Positions 39,375 to 48,920 of a stretch of DNA of 64,000 bases are shown here, one piece after another. The notes under the pieces were generated by a model. The model was given only the letters and a program-made list of their open reading frames with translations, searched no databases and had not been told where the DNA came from. The DNA lies in NCBI GenBank assembly GCA_001776775.1, contig MFDD01000002.1:309344-373343 (forward strand). Reading direction: 5' to 3'. Every line of letters begins with the position of its first letter. Position 1 is the stretch's first letter. The position numbers were made by a program, and so were the translations under genes. The stretch is from Candidatus Daviesbacteria bacterium RIFCSPHIGHO2_02_FULL_43_12. GTDB lineage: Bacteria > Patescibacteriota > Microgenomatia > Daviesbacterales > UBA10151.

Positions 39375-40571
39375 ATGGATAATAATCAAAATTCACCAAA
39401 CGACCCTCTCTCGCCGCCCATTCCATCTCCGATTCAACCTGTCCCGGTTCAGTCCGCCTCGGATCAGACACCTTCCCTACCTTGGACGACACCAACAGCC
39501 CTAACTGACAACCCTACATCAACTGGTGTGGGGCCAATACCCGATCTGAGCGCTACAGGTGCTTTTTCAGCTACGACTGCCCCTGCTCCAACTATCTCCG
39601 ATATGACTACATCTTCCTTTGTTAATGCTCCCACTCAGCCCGGTTTAGATAGTGCCTTATCTTCATGGCAACCTGCTCCTCCTACTTCGCCGCGAGGCGA
39701 GCCTGACTTCAGTCAAGGCGGTCCTACCTCGTATCCTTCTGCCCCTGCTCCAGTACAAGCACCTAGCCCAATGGACACACCACCATCTTTTGATAGCTTA
39801 ATGGCCAATCCTCCGGGTTCAAGTCTTGACACCCCGGCTGCAATTCCAACTTTTACGACAGACAACACTGCGCCTCAAATGCCCACCCAACCCGTTTCAA
39901 CCGACATAAACCAAGGCGCACAAGGTGCAAGCTCACCCATGGACACCACTCCAGCTCCTATACCAACCTGGCCTCCGGTCGATCAGGTTACGCCCCCTTC
40001 TCAACCGGCCACCCTGCCTCCTTTTGAGCAATCCCAACTGACCTCTCCCCCCACATTACCCCCAATTGAACCAGGGCCAATTAATCCAACCGGCGGATCT
40101 ACCTCTCTCCCTGAGCCTGCTCCAACAGACCTATCTCAACTTACTAGCACTTCCGGTAGCCTGCCCCCTGTTCCTACTGAGTCCTATGCTCCAGCTCCGG
40201 AACATACCAACCCTATTACTACTGCCTCAAATACTACCGCAAGTACTCCAGAAACTGTCACTGCTCCCAAACCTTTTCCTCTTCAACTCTTGATTGGTGG
40301 GGTAGTAACGCTGCTGTTGGTCACAGCCGCCTCTATTTATATTTTTTTCTTCGCTGGTAAAAATGCTCCGGAACCATCGTCGCTACCTGCTGAACAAACT
40401 CAGCTACCTCTCAGCAATCCACCAAAACAGGTCATCCCATCTATCGTTCCTCAGGAAGCAACAAGCGGAGCGGGATTTGGCAGTCTGAATAACCAGCTGG
40501 CCACAGCTTCAGCCAAACCACTTTCAGCACTAGATGCACTAAGACAGCGTCAAGCCTCACCAACTCCTTAG
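39375..40571 (+). CDS. proline/threonine/serine-rich low-complexity protein with C-terminal TM anchor
   Basis: About 300 aa of PxxP-rich disordered sequence, then LLIGGVVTLLLVTAASIYIFFF, then a short tail. Confidence 0.45.
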   Translation: MDNNQNSPNDPLSPPIPSPIQPVPVQSASDQTPSLPWTTPTALTDNPTSTGVGPIPDLSATGAFSATTAPAPTISDMTTSSFVNAPTQPGLDSALSSWQPAPPTSPRGEPDFSQGGPTSYPSAPAPVQAPSPMDTPPSFDSLMANPPGSSLDTPAAIPTFTTDNTAPQMPTQPVSTDINQGAQGASSPMDTTPAPIPTWPPVDQVTPPSQPATLPPFEQSQLTSPPTLPPIEPGPINPTGGSTSLPEPAPTDLSQLTSTSGSLPPVPTESYAPAPEHTNPITTASNTTASTPETVTAPKPFPLQLLIGGVVTLLLVTAASIYIFFFAGKNAPEPSSLPAEQTQLPLSNPPKQVIPSIVPQEATSGAGFGSLNNQLATASAKPLSALDALRQRQASPTP

Positions 40572-41833
40572 GAGATTTTATCAAACCCTGTATAAGGACG
40601 AAGAGCTTCCGGAATAATCACTGACCCATCTTCTTGCTGAAAATTTTCCAAAATAGCAATCAGAACCCGGGGAGAAGCAATGACAGTATTGTTTAAGGTG
40701 TAGCACAAATGTGTTTCCCCTGCTTTGTCTTTAAACTTTAAGTTGAGGCGACGAGCTTGCCAATCAGTCAGGTTTGAGTTGGAGTGAGTCTCACCATAAC
40801 TCCCTCTACCTGGCATCCAGGCCTCGATATCATTCATCTGGTATTTGCCTGCTCCCATATCTCCAGTAGAAGTGACGATCACATGATAAGGAATCCCCAG
40901 TTCCTGTAAAATTCCTTCGGATATTTGCTGTATCTCACCAAAAAGCTTTTCAGACTCGGCTAAGTCGTTTCGACAAATAACTACTTGCTCAACCTTAGCA
41001 AATTCATGCACCCGATAAAGCCCCTTTGTATCCCGACCGTAGTCCCCGACCTCAGACCGGTAACAACTGGAAATTCCAGCGACTTTGATGGGTAACTCTG
41101 CTTCAGACAAAGTTCTATCGGCAAAGTATCCAAGGAGAGAAGGCTCGGATGTACCCACCAAAAACACCGGGTTTTTGATTTCTTCTCCGGTTTCGATCTT
41201 TCCAGGGTTAGCTATCTGGTAAATACCTTCTTTACCAAAGGGAAAGTGTCCGGAGCCAATTAAAACTCTTTCGCTGACCAGGGTGGGTGGGATCATCGGA
41301 GTAAATCCGGCTTTAACAATTTTGCCTAACGCATAATTTAAAACTGCCAGATGCAGCAATGCTCCCTGGCCCTTTAGAAAATATCCCCGAAACCCAGAAA
41401 CCTTAACCCCAGCTTCAAAGTCAACTATCCCTAAAGCTTTACTCAGCTCAACATGGTCTTTGGGGGTAAAGCTAAACTGGGGATTTTCTCCCCATTTTTT
41501 GATTTCGACATTAGACAAGCTGTCTGGACCAATCGGAGAATCTAGCGAGGGAATATTCGGAATAAAAAGCATCATCTCTTTGAAGCGGTTTTCTATTTCA
41601 GCTAATTCTTTTTCGAGGGTTCCCAATTCCTGTTTTATAGCTTTACCTTTTTCAATATCCCGAAGTTGGGCGGCGGCATTTCTCTTTCGGCGAAGCTCCT
41701 CAACCTTTAAGATTAAGTCTCGTCTGGCCTGATCGATCTCCAACAAATTTTCCAGATCCAGGTCAATACCTTTATCTGTGATAGCTTTTTTGATTATTTC
41801 TTTATTGTCTCGAATAAAATTGATGTCTAGCAT
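40568..41833 (-). CDS. serS: seryl-tRNA synthetase
   Basis: N-terminal coiled-coil arm and class II core motifs (FRGYFLKGQGALL, GIPYHVIVTSTGDMGAGKYQ), 421 aa. Confidence 0.95.
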   Translation of the reverse strand: MLDINFIRDNKEIIKKAITDKGIDLDLENLLEIDQARRDLILKVEELRRKRNAAAQLRDIEKGKAIKQELGTLEKELAEIENRFKEMMLFIPNIPSLDSPIGPDSLSNVEIKKWGENPQFSFTPKDHVELSKALGIVDFEAGVKVSGFRGYFLKGQGALLHLAVLNYALGKIVKAGFTPMIPPTLVSERVLIGSGHFPFGKEGIYQIANPGKIETGEEIKNPVFLVGTSEPSLLGYFADRTLSEAELPIKVAGISSCYRSEVGDYGRDTKGLYRVHEFAKVEQVVICRNDLAESEKLFGEIQQISEGILQELGIPYHVIVTSTGDMGAGKYQMNDIEAWMPGRGSYGETHSNSNLTDWQARRLNLKFKDKAGETHLCYTLNNTVIASPRVLIAILENFQQEDGSVIIPEALRPYTGFDKIS

Positions 41834-41837
41834 ATAT

Positions 41838-42422
41838 TTATAAACCCAACTCTGAGGCTACTCCTTGCATCGCCACGAGGGCTATTTTAACAAATTCCTC
41901 CAGTGGAATCTCCAGATCTTTTTCGCAGGTTAAAATATTTTCTCTCTTTGCTCCAGCCGCAAAGCTGGGGCTTTTAAATTTTTTCAAAACAGACTCAACA
42001 GTTACAACAGCTAATTTTTTATCCGGCTGAACCAAGGCACAGGCCGTAATCAGACCAGACAGCTCATCCGCTGCATAGACTGCCTTTTCCAAATAGTTTT
42101 CGCGATTGGGCTTTATTTCATCGCTATGAGCCTGAATAGCCTTAACAATCCGCTCTGATACACCTTTTTCTCTCAGCAGCCGGGATATTTCTAAGGTATG
42201 CATTTTAGGATCTTTATTGGTTACCTCGTAGTCCGCATCATGCAGTAGACCAACGATACCCCACTCTTCTTCGTCAAAATTCTCAACTCCCAACTCTGAA
42301 CTCTTAACTCTTAACTCGCGTGCTAGGGCCTTCATAATAGCTTCCACTGCCAAGCCATGTCGAACTAGATTCTTGCTCTCCACCATCTCGGTTAACAGCT
42401 GATAGGCTTCTTCCCTGGTCAT
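41838..42422 (-). CDS. HD-domain phosphohydrolase
   Basis: H...HD metal-binding motif (VGLLHDADYEV) and a later D, 194 aa, with a 4-nt overlap to lysS. Confidence 0.7.
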   Translation of the reverse strand: MTREEAYQLLTEMVESKNLVRHGLAVEAIMKALARELRVKSSELGVENFDEEEWGIVGLLHDADYEVTNKDPKMHTLEISRLLREKGVSERIVKAIQAHSDEIKPNRENYLEKAVYAADELSGLITACALVQPDKKLAVVTVESVLKKFKSPSFAAGAKRENILTCEKDLEIPLEEFVKIALVAMQGVASELGL

Positions 42423-43852
42423 TTTTTCTCCTTTCGCATAGTCGGGAAAAACACCATTTCCCGAACCGGTTTATCGAGTAACATCGCAATAAACCGCTCT
42501 GACATCCCAAATCCAGCTGCCGGAGGCATCCCATACTCTAGTGCCTCAACGAAATCCTCATCCATCATTTGAGCTTCAAAGTCCCCCTTTTCTCGCAACT
42601 TCATCTGCTCTTCAAACCTCTCCCTTTGATCGATTGGGTCATTTAACTCTGCGTAACCATTACACAACTCAGATCCCATCGCCAGTAGCTGCATTCGATG
42701 TACCTTATCCGTGCCCTCAATTCTTTTGGAAAGAGGAGAAACATCAACGGGATGGTTAATCAAAAACTGGGGTTGGAGCAGCTGCGGGCGAATGGTCTTT
42801 TTATATAGATAGTCTAGTATCCTACCCTTGCCTAGCCCTGGTTCGATTTTAACATTTAGCTTCTCAGCTAATTTATAGAGCTTCTCTACTGATAACTCTT
42901 CTGTACTCACCCCCCAGGATTTATTCAAAAGGTCTAAGAAGTCTACCCGCGGCCATGCTTTACTCCAATCAATCTTGTGACCTTGCCAAGTGGTTACCAA
43001 ACTACCAGTCGTTTCCTTGATTACTGTCTTGAGCATATCTTCTACAAAATCTATCAGCATCTCGTTATCTGCGTAAGCCCAATAAAATTCCATCTGGGTA
43101 TAATCTTGCAGGTGTTCGCTATCAATACCTTCATTTCTAAAGATTCGACCAATTTCAAAGATCTTTTCGAACCCTCCCACCAAGAGTCTCTTTTGATAAA
43201 GTTCAAGGGAGATACGCAAAAATAACTCCATATCCTGAGCGAAATGGTGAGTAGCAAAGGGTCTAGCATCAGCCCCGCCAGGGATCGGTTCTAAAGCTGG
43301 AGTTTCTATCTCCAAGAAACCATTTTTAACTAGGAAGTTGCGAACGCTCTGCCAAAACTTACTTTTTAAAATAAACTGGTGCTTAACTTCTGGATTTAGC
43401 AAAAGATCAAGATATCTCTTCCGATATCTCTCCTCAGCATCCTTTAACCCATACCAGGAAGATGGTAGAGGACGAATTGATTTAGTAAGAAGAGTCACCT
43501 GACTTGCTTTAACAGAGATCTGTCCGGCCTGAGTTTTAAATACTTCTCCGGAGACTTCGATAAAATCCCCAAGATCCAAATTAGATAAAAAGTCATAATT
43601 GTGGGGAATTTCAGCTTGAGACAGGAAGATCTGGATCTTTCCTGAACTGTCCTCTAAGTCTGCAAAGGTGATCTTGCCATGTTGGCGTAAAGATCGGATT
43701 CGACCTACCACAGTTACCTTTTTTCCCATCATATTCAATGCCTCAGCAATTAAATGCTTACGGTTAGACGTAGCCGGATAAGGATTGATTCCTAAGTTTT
43801 TAATATTATTTAGTTTCTTAATTCGCTCTCTTTGGATGTCTTCTAAAGCCAT
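42419..43852 (-). CDS. lysS: lysyl-tRNA synthetase (class II)
   Basis: OB-fold anticodon-binding N-terminus and class II motifs (FLEIETP, GFGMSERF/ GMPPAAGFG), 477 aa. Confidence 0.95.
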   Translation of the reverse strand: MALEDIQRERIKKLNNIKNLGINPYPATSNRKHLIAEALNMMGKKVTVVGRIRSLRQHGKITFADLEDSSGKIQIFLSQAEIPHNYDFLSNLDLGDFIEVSGEVFKTQAGQISVKASQVTLLTKSIRPLPSSWYGLKDAEERYRKRYLDLLLNPEVKHQFILKSKFWQSVRNFLVKNGFLEIETPALEPIPGGADARPFATHHFAQDMELFLRISLELYQKRLLVGGFEKIFEIGRIFRNEGIDSEHLQDYTQMEFYWAYADNEMLIDFVEDMLKTVIKETTGSLVTTWQGHKIDWSKAWPRVDFLDLLNKSWGVSTEELSVEKLYKLAEKLNVKIEPGLGKGRILDYLYKKTIRPQLLQPQFLINHPVDVSPLSKRIEGTDKVHRMQLLAMGSELCNGYAELNDPIDQRERFEEQMKLREKGDFEAQMMDEDFVEALEYGMPPAAGFGMSERFIAMLLDKPVREMVFFPTMRKEKK

Positions 43853-43921
43853 TGTGCTTAAAGTATACCTCGTTTAGCCTGATTAGAAAAGCGCGATTGC
43901 AGGTCAGGTCGCGTCTATTGA

Positions 43922-43940
43922 TCCCGATTTAATCGGGGTT
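43922..43940. repeat. palindromic element TCCCGATTTAATCGGGGTT (copy 1 of 2)
   Basis: A perfect 15-nt palindrome CCCGATTTAATCGGG lies in the greA-lysS intergenic region. A near-identical 19-nt copy is at 60384-60402. Confidence 0.8.
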
Positions 43941-43977
43941 GATAAATTAATCATTGAAATTATTTGCGGACGAGCCC

Positions 43978-44505
43978 TTAGTCGATCTCTAAAATCCTGC
44001 ATTGATAAGAAGAAGCTGGAGTTTTGACCTCTATATCGTCTCCAATATGTGCTCCCAGAAGCGCTAGTCCAATGGGTGACTCATTAGAGATCATTTTTTT
44101 AGCAGGATTAGCCTCAAACTTTCCCACGATCGTATACTTCTGCTTTACACCAGATAGTTTCAAAGAAACTGTGGAGCCCATCGTCACAGAGGTCTCTTTA
44201 TGCTCATGTTTGATCAATTTAACATGTTTAAGCATCTGCTCCAAACTAACAATCCGAGCTTCGACTAAACCTTGCTCCTCAACGGCCGCATCAAACTCTA
44301 CATTTTCCTCTAGCCCTCCCATCTCCCGGGCAAAGGCAATTCTTTGCGCAACTTCTCTGCTTTTTACTTGTTTGAGAAATGCTAGTTCTTCTTTGATTCT
44401 GGATACTCCAGCAGGCGTTAAAAAGACAGCTTGTTTTAGCGACAGTTCGCTTGTAGTAGAGGCAGTGGAGGTAATTTTAGAATTAACCGTACTTTTTCTT
44501 GCCAT
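43978..44505 (-). CDS. greA: transcription elongation factor GreA
   Basis: 175 aa, N-terminal coiled coil with acidic tip, and the C-terminal FKBP-like domain ISNESPIGLALLGAHIGD. Confidence 0.9.
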   Translation of the reverse strand: MARKSTVNSKITSTASTTSELSLKQAVFLTPAGVSRIKEELAFLKQVKSREVAQRIAFAREMGGLEENVEFDAAVEEQGLVEARIVSLEQMLKHVKLIKHEHKETSVTMGSTVSLKLSGVKQKYTIVGKFEANPAKKMISNESPIGLALLGAHIGDDIEVKTPASSYQCRILEID

Positions 44506-44572
44506 GTATTAAAGCAGTTGGAGGGAATTTTATGTAATTCGATAGAGATTGTCAACTACCAGGGTACCAGAT

Positions 44573-44824
44573 CTATAGACGCTTGAAAAAGCGTCCTGCC
44601 GACAGGCTTAGCAGCGCGGCTATCGCTGCTGCCAGTAGCGGGATCGGGTGAAAACTGTTGATTGAGCTGTGCAGTAGCAGGTTGGCTAGTAAGCCCCCAA
44701 AAAGCGCCCCCACAATACCCAATATCATACCGGAGACAACGCTATCTTCAGAAGATTTCGGATCGAAGATAGAGACAATCACGCCTGTAATCAGACCAAA
44801 TATTATCCAACTTAGAATACTCAT
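44573..44824 (-). CDS. GlsB/YeaQ/YmgE-family transglycosylase-associated small membrane protein
   Basis: 83 aa with glycine-zipper helices (GIVGALFGGLLANLL) typical of the family. Confidence 0.65.
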   Translation of the reverse strand: MSILSWIIFGLITGVIVSIFDPKSSEDSVVSGMILGIVGALFGGLLANLLLHSSINSFHPIPLLAAAIAALLSLSAGRFFKRL

Positions 44825-44905
44825 AATGTCTGACAGTATACTTTACTAATATCAAAATTGAGGTATGGATGGGTAAAAAAGGGGTAAGGAAGGATGATGT
44901 TTAAG

Positions 44906-47272
44906 TTAAGACTTAATTGTTGCTGGAGGAAGTACGTTTTGTAACTGGGCAATTTTTCCCCGTAATTTGGCTTCCTGCTCCTGATAGCCTGGGCCTGTAT
45001 CTGCTGCTGGTTGTTCTAATGTGCTTAAACTTTCCTTGACAGTCTTAAGGGTGCTTTGGATTTGGGCTGTTAATCTGGCTTTTTCTGTATCGGTGGTCGC
45101 ACCTGGAACAATCCATTTCAGGAAAGGCGGGACAACCGTGGCTCTATTTAAATCGGTCAATCGTGTGTCTAGCTGATCAAGTTGAGCCTGTAACTGGGAA
45201 CGAGTACTCTCCATTTCTGCCTCTTTGGTCATGGTAACGACAAGATCTGCCAGTTGACCTTTGTATGTGTCGGTAACTTCAGCCAAAACTCCTCTGGCTT
45301 TTTGGTTTGTTTGTCTAGCTAGCTGGCTTACCTCCGCGGGTTTAGCAGCAGCTAACTGCTCTGCTACTTTTCGGTCCTCATCATATTGTCCTTCAATTAA
45401 ACAAGCATCATAGATAGTAATACCCAATTCAGGGCCGGTTGGATCCTTAAAACAGTCTCGTAACGCTTCTTGAACTTTGTCGAGATGACTTTCTCTTAGA
45501 TGAGTTTCTTCGACCCAATCACCAAAGCCAAATTCTCTTTGCAAAATTTGGCGAGTTTGAGGGTTTTCAGCCAAGGCTTGGATAAAATTAACACCACCAA
45601 CTAACTTCTGAGCAACGATGCGTCTCCTGCGAGTAACCTCTTGGTCCATCTCTGGCTTATCTCTATCTTGTCGGAGATCTCTGCGTATGGTGTATGCAAG
45701 CCAATTTACATAATCACTGGGATTTCTTAGAAGTGAGATAAGGTCTACTAGACCAACTCTACCGGAAGTAAATTGTTGGGCAGCTATTTCTCTACCTGCG
45801 ATGGCACTATTGGCGGCTGATATATTATTTAATTTTGTACCTTGGTTATCGGCTAATGGGTCCTCTCCAGGTTGATGATAAATCCCAGAAAACTCATTTG
45901 GAGCATAAGTACCCCGAAAACCTAATCGCAAAGGTTCGTCAATTTCGACAACAGGGATATTAATACCCAGCTGCCTTAGCTCAATGTCTGATAGACGGGT
46001 CAGTACATCTACAGAGTTTTCAGGATGTATACGTCTGGCTAACTCACTTGAAATTATATTCGCCATTTGTCCATCAATAACCCTTTCTACTAATTGCTGA
46101 ACGCCCTCATCGATACCCGCCCACCCCATACCCTCTGCAGCAGCTTGTTCGATTACAGCCTGAAGCTGGGGAGGATCTAGTAGCTGAGCTCTTTGCTCTG
46201 GATCTATAACCTGTTGGTGAATATACCAATTGTTGATAGAATGAGCCATTCGCTTTTCAGCCCTAGTTTGCGCCGCTTCTCTCATCCGTTTTGCTACATC
46301 GCTCGTTTCCAGCCCACTTAGTCTACCTCTGCCAATTGAGGCAACTACACGATCAAATTGGGCTTTGGCAGCGGGGGGATAGAGATCATAGGCCACCTCA
46401 AACATCGGCCTTGATCTTCCTAAAGCGGAATTAGGTGCCGCATCTCCTTGTTGAGGTAGCAGCTCTTGTGCTGCTTGGGCAATAGATAAAGCAGTCAGAG
46501 CATCTCCACAGGCTAAGGCTGTCATAATCGATACATCAACATGCATTTGATTGACAGGTTTTGCAATCTGTGAAAGCTCATGAATAATTAAATCAGCTGC
46601 TCCAGGCCAAGGGGTCCTACCTGTCCCACTCCATAGAATATCTGTTTCTCCGCCTGATGGATTTCTCCGTAGACGAGGGAGAATTGCTTCTAGTACTCTG
46701 GGAATATGTCTGGGAGATTCATCAAGAGACTGGGCGCCGAACCTAGACTTATAAAGAAGAATCACTAGAGCATTTAGTTCTGGCGGTCTTTGCCCATGCA
46801 GATGAATATCGTTACGGCGCTGCGCTATTTCTTGGAGAGGTTGTAAAAGATCATTTGCATCGTTGGCATCCAATAACTTTTGCGCCTTATCCTGCAAAGA
46901 CTGAGCATTCTCGGATTCACCGGTATTGCTGGATGCAATCTCAAAATTAAGTGGATTAGGCGCCAGTTGGAAACTGGGACGTGTGTCCACTGATCTCCAT
47001 CTGACTGCGCGAAGGGGGGCAGTTTCTTCAACGAGAGTATCCTTTGTCTCAGGATTACTAGCTGCTAACTTCCATCTGGCTACGCCAGGAGGAACACCTT
47101 TCTTCTCGAAGACAGCACCCTTTGCCTCAGGATGACCAGCTAAGCGACTGGCCAAACCAATTACTTCTAAAGGAATCTCTGTCGGACCAGAAGGAGAGGG
47201 CTTTAAAGTTGCTGTAGCGGATCTAGCCGCATCAATAAGTGGTCCTATCTCACTTCTGGGTTTAGTTTCCAT
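44906..47272 (-). CDS. large soluble hypothetical protein (788 aa), Ala/Gln/Arg/Leu-rich, C-terminal coiled coil
   Basis: Long ORF with no TM segment, no nucleotide-binding motif and no recognisable domain. The C-terminus holds heptad repeats (QLQAQLDQLDTRLTDL...KLRGKIAQLQ). It is adjacent to a tRNA. Confidence 0.5.
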   Translation of the reverse strand: METKPRSEIGPLIDAARSATATLKPSPSGPTEIPLEVIGLASRLAGHPEAKGAVFEKKGVPPGVARWKLAASNPETKDTLVEETAPLRAVRWRSVDTRPSFQLAPNPLNFEIASSNTGESENAQSLQDKAQKLLDANDANDLLQPLQEIAQRRNDIHLHGQRPPELNALVILLYKSRFGAQSLDESPRHIPRVLEAILPRLRRNPSGGETDILWSGTGRTPWPGAADLIIHELSQIAKPVNQMHVDVSIMTALACGDALTALSIAQAAQELLPQQGDAAPNSALGRSRPMFEVAYDLYPPAAKAQFDRVVASIGRGRLSGLETSDVAKRMREAAQTRAEKRMAHSINNWYIHQQVIDPEQRAQLLDPPQLQAVIEQAAAEGMGWAGIDEGVQQLVERVIDGQMANIISSELARRIHPENSVDVLTRLSDIELRQLGINIPVVEIDEPLRLGFRGTYAPNEFSGIYHQPGEDPLADNQGTKLNNISAANSAIAGREIAAQQFTSGRVGLVDLISLLRNPSDYVNWLAYTIRRDLRQDRDKPEMDQEVTRRRRIVAQKLVGGVNFIQALAENPQTRQILQREFGFGDWVEETHLRESHLDKVQEALRDCFKDPTGPELGITIYDACLIEGQYDEDRKVAEQLAAAKPAEVSQLARQTNQKARGVLAEVTDTYKGQLADLVVTMTKEAEMESTRSQLQAQLDQLDTRLTDLNRATVVPPFLKWIVPGATTDTEKARLTAQIQSTLKTVKESLSTLEQPAADTGPGYQEQEAKLRGKIAQLQNVLPPATIKS

Positions 47273-47398
47273 AAATTTATCATAGCATAACCCATACCAG
47301 ATAAATGTTCAAAATCTTAATCACTTTTCCTACCATTGGGATGGAGGTTTGGAGGTGGAGAAAATTTCTGGTACAATTCCCACTTAGTTTCACTATAC

Positions 47399-47472
47399 GA
47401 CCCCATCGTCTAGTGGTCTAGGACGTCGGATTCTCATTCCGAAAATCGCGGGTTCGACTCCCGCTGGGGTCA
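47399..47472 (+). tRNA. tRNA-Glu (anticodon CUC)
   Basis: Manual fold: 7-bp acceptor GACCCCA/TGGGGTC, anticodon stem TCGGA/TCCGA with loop TTCTCAT (CTC), T-arm GCGGG-TTCGACT-CCCGC, discriminator A. CCA is not encoded. Confidence 0.85.
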
Positions 47473-47546
47473 CCCAGCTCAGCTGGGTGTAAATCGAGCT
47501 CAGCTCGATCACTTTACTCAGCTCGGTGGATGTCAGCTCAGCTGAC
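47471..47546. repeat. array of about 4 tandem ~20-bp units, each with a palindromic AGCTCAGCT core (iteron-like)
   Basis: Perfect palindromes CACCCAGCTCAGCTGGGTG (47471-47489), ATCGAGCTCAGCTCGAT (47493-47509) and GTCAGCTCAGCTGAC (47532-47546), plus a degenerate unit CTCAGCTCGG at about 47518. Centre-to-centre spacing is about 18-21 bp. The array starts in the last 2 nt of the tRNA. Confidence 0.8.
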
Positions 47547-47568
47547 TCACCAAACTCAACGTGCTTCA

Positions 47569-47781
47569 CTAAAACTGTGTATTACGTTTACATACTGTTC
47601 TCAGAAAAAGACAAAGAATTATATACAGGTTTTTCTCCAGTAGGTACTTTCTAAATCTTTCATAGTCTAACTTCCAGCCCAAGTCTTTAATGGCTAAATG
47701 TAGATTATTGCTATCAATAAATGCGAAATTATTCTCTTTATTCATCCATTTATTATACCGCAATGAGTTTTTCATAAGCAC
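47569..47781 (-). pseudogene. truncated NYN/LabA-like domain gene remnant (70 aa)
   Basis: NNFAFIDSNNLHLAIKDLGWKLDYERFRKYL resembles the N-terminus of NYN-domain proteins. The ORF stops after about 70 aa in an AT-rich stretch. Full NYN proteins are at least 150 aa. Confidence 0.35.
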
Positions 47782-47825
47782 GTATCAAACTATCAAATAA
47801 GAGGTTTTAAACACCGGCAGGCGGC

Positions 47826-48746
47826 TCACCTATAGTTTTTAAAGTTGCCATTTTTATCGTAATAGAACCTATCTCCTCCTCTTATTTGCAGTCGATTTTT
47901 TAAGGCATTAAGATAGCTTTCATTTTTAAATCTTCTGGCTGATGCCCAAGTCTTAGCATCTGGCGAGGTAATAAGCATGGGTCTACCAACCTTTGTCAGC
48001 GCTAGGCCTAAAAAAGTATCTTCTCTAAATGTCTTCATATTATATCCACCCACCTCTAATGCATCCGACTTTCTAAAGGCCATGTTTTGACCTACACCAA
48101 TTGCATTAGAATACCTGGATTTTACTCCATATTTACCCATAGCTCTTATAGATCTTCTGGTAAATCTGGTAAAAGTATCGTGAACCTTCATAACAAGTCC
48201 TCCTCCGTAATGTTGCACATCACCTGTCGTCATACTAACCCCAGCATCCAAAAGCAGTGGTTTTGTCAAGGTCTCTAACCATTTAGGTGATGCTATAACA
48301 TCTGCGTCAGTACTAACAATAATTTTTCCCTGAGCCCTTTCTAAACCTCGCTGTCTTGCCCAAGAAATTTGAGGAGTTTTTAAGTTTGGAGAGCTATATT
48401 CAATCACAACTACACCACTCGCTCTGGCAATAGCAGCAGTTTTATCATCAGGGGAGCAATTATTGGCAACCACAATTACTTCTACTGGTAAATCGGTTTT
48501 TTGTCTTGCTAAAGACTCCAGCAATTGGAGAATATATTTTTCTTCGTCCATAGCTGGTACAACCACCGAAACGATTGGTTTTGTATTAGCTTCCCCCCTG
48601 AGATTTAATAATCTACCTTTGATAGATTCAGTCCACACATTTAGCTTCGTTTGAAACTCAGGTAATGAAGGTTCCAGATTGAATAAATTTGTATTGCGCT
48701 GGAGAATGCTTGCTACACTCCTGTCGGCATCCGGTGTTTTTAACAT
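47826..48746 (-). CDS. family 2 glycosyltransferase
   Basis: GT-A fold markers: VSVVVPAMDEE near the N-terminus and the DxD-like TDADVI. Confidence 0.75.
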   Translation of the reverse strand: MLKTPDADRSVASILQRNTNLFNLEPSLPEFQTKLNVWTESIKGRLLNLRGEANTKPIVSVVVPAMDEEKYILQLLESLARQKTDLPVEVIVVANNCSPDDKTAAIARASGVVVIEYSSPNLKTPQISWARQRGLERAQGKIIVSTDADVIASPKWLETLTKPLLLDAGVSMTTGDVQHYGGGLVMKVHDTFTRFTRRSIRAMGKYGVKSRYSNAIGVGQNMAFRKSDALEVGGYNMKTFREDTFLGLALTKVGRPMLITSPDAKTWASARRFKNESYLNALKNRLQIRGGDRFYYDKNGNFKNYR

Positions 48747-48920
48747 TCTTTGATTATATACAATCCTTTAGTCATTATCAGTTTCTAGAACATTTCTCTA
48801 GCTCATCCTCAACTACTAAGATTCTCACGAATCGATAGAAGCTAAAAAATCCTGAGAAACAACTGAGAAATTGACACTCACCTTGGTTCACTGATACCAT
48901 CTATTCAAACCTTTAATAGG

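Noticed and set aside
47471-47546. A possible CRISPR array next to the tRNA.
   Set aside because: The repeats are about 15-19 nt palindromes with 3-20 nt between them and no spacer-like unique segments of about 30 nt. No cas genes lie nearby.
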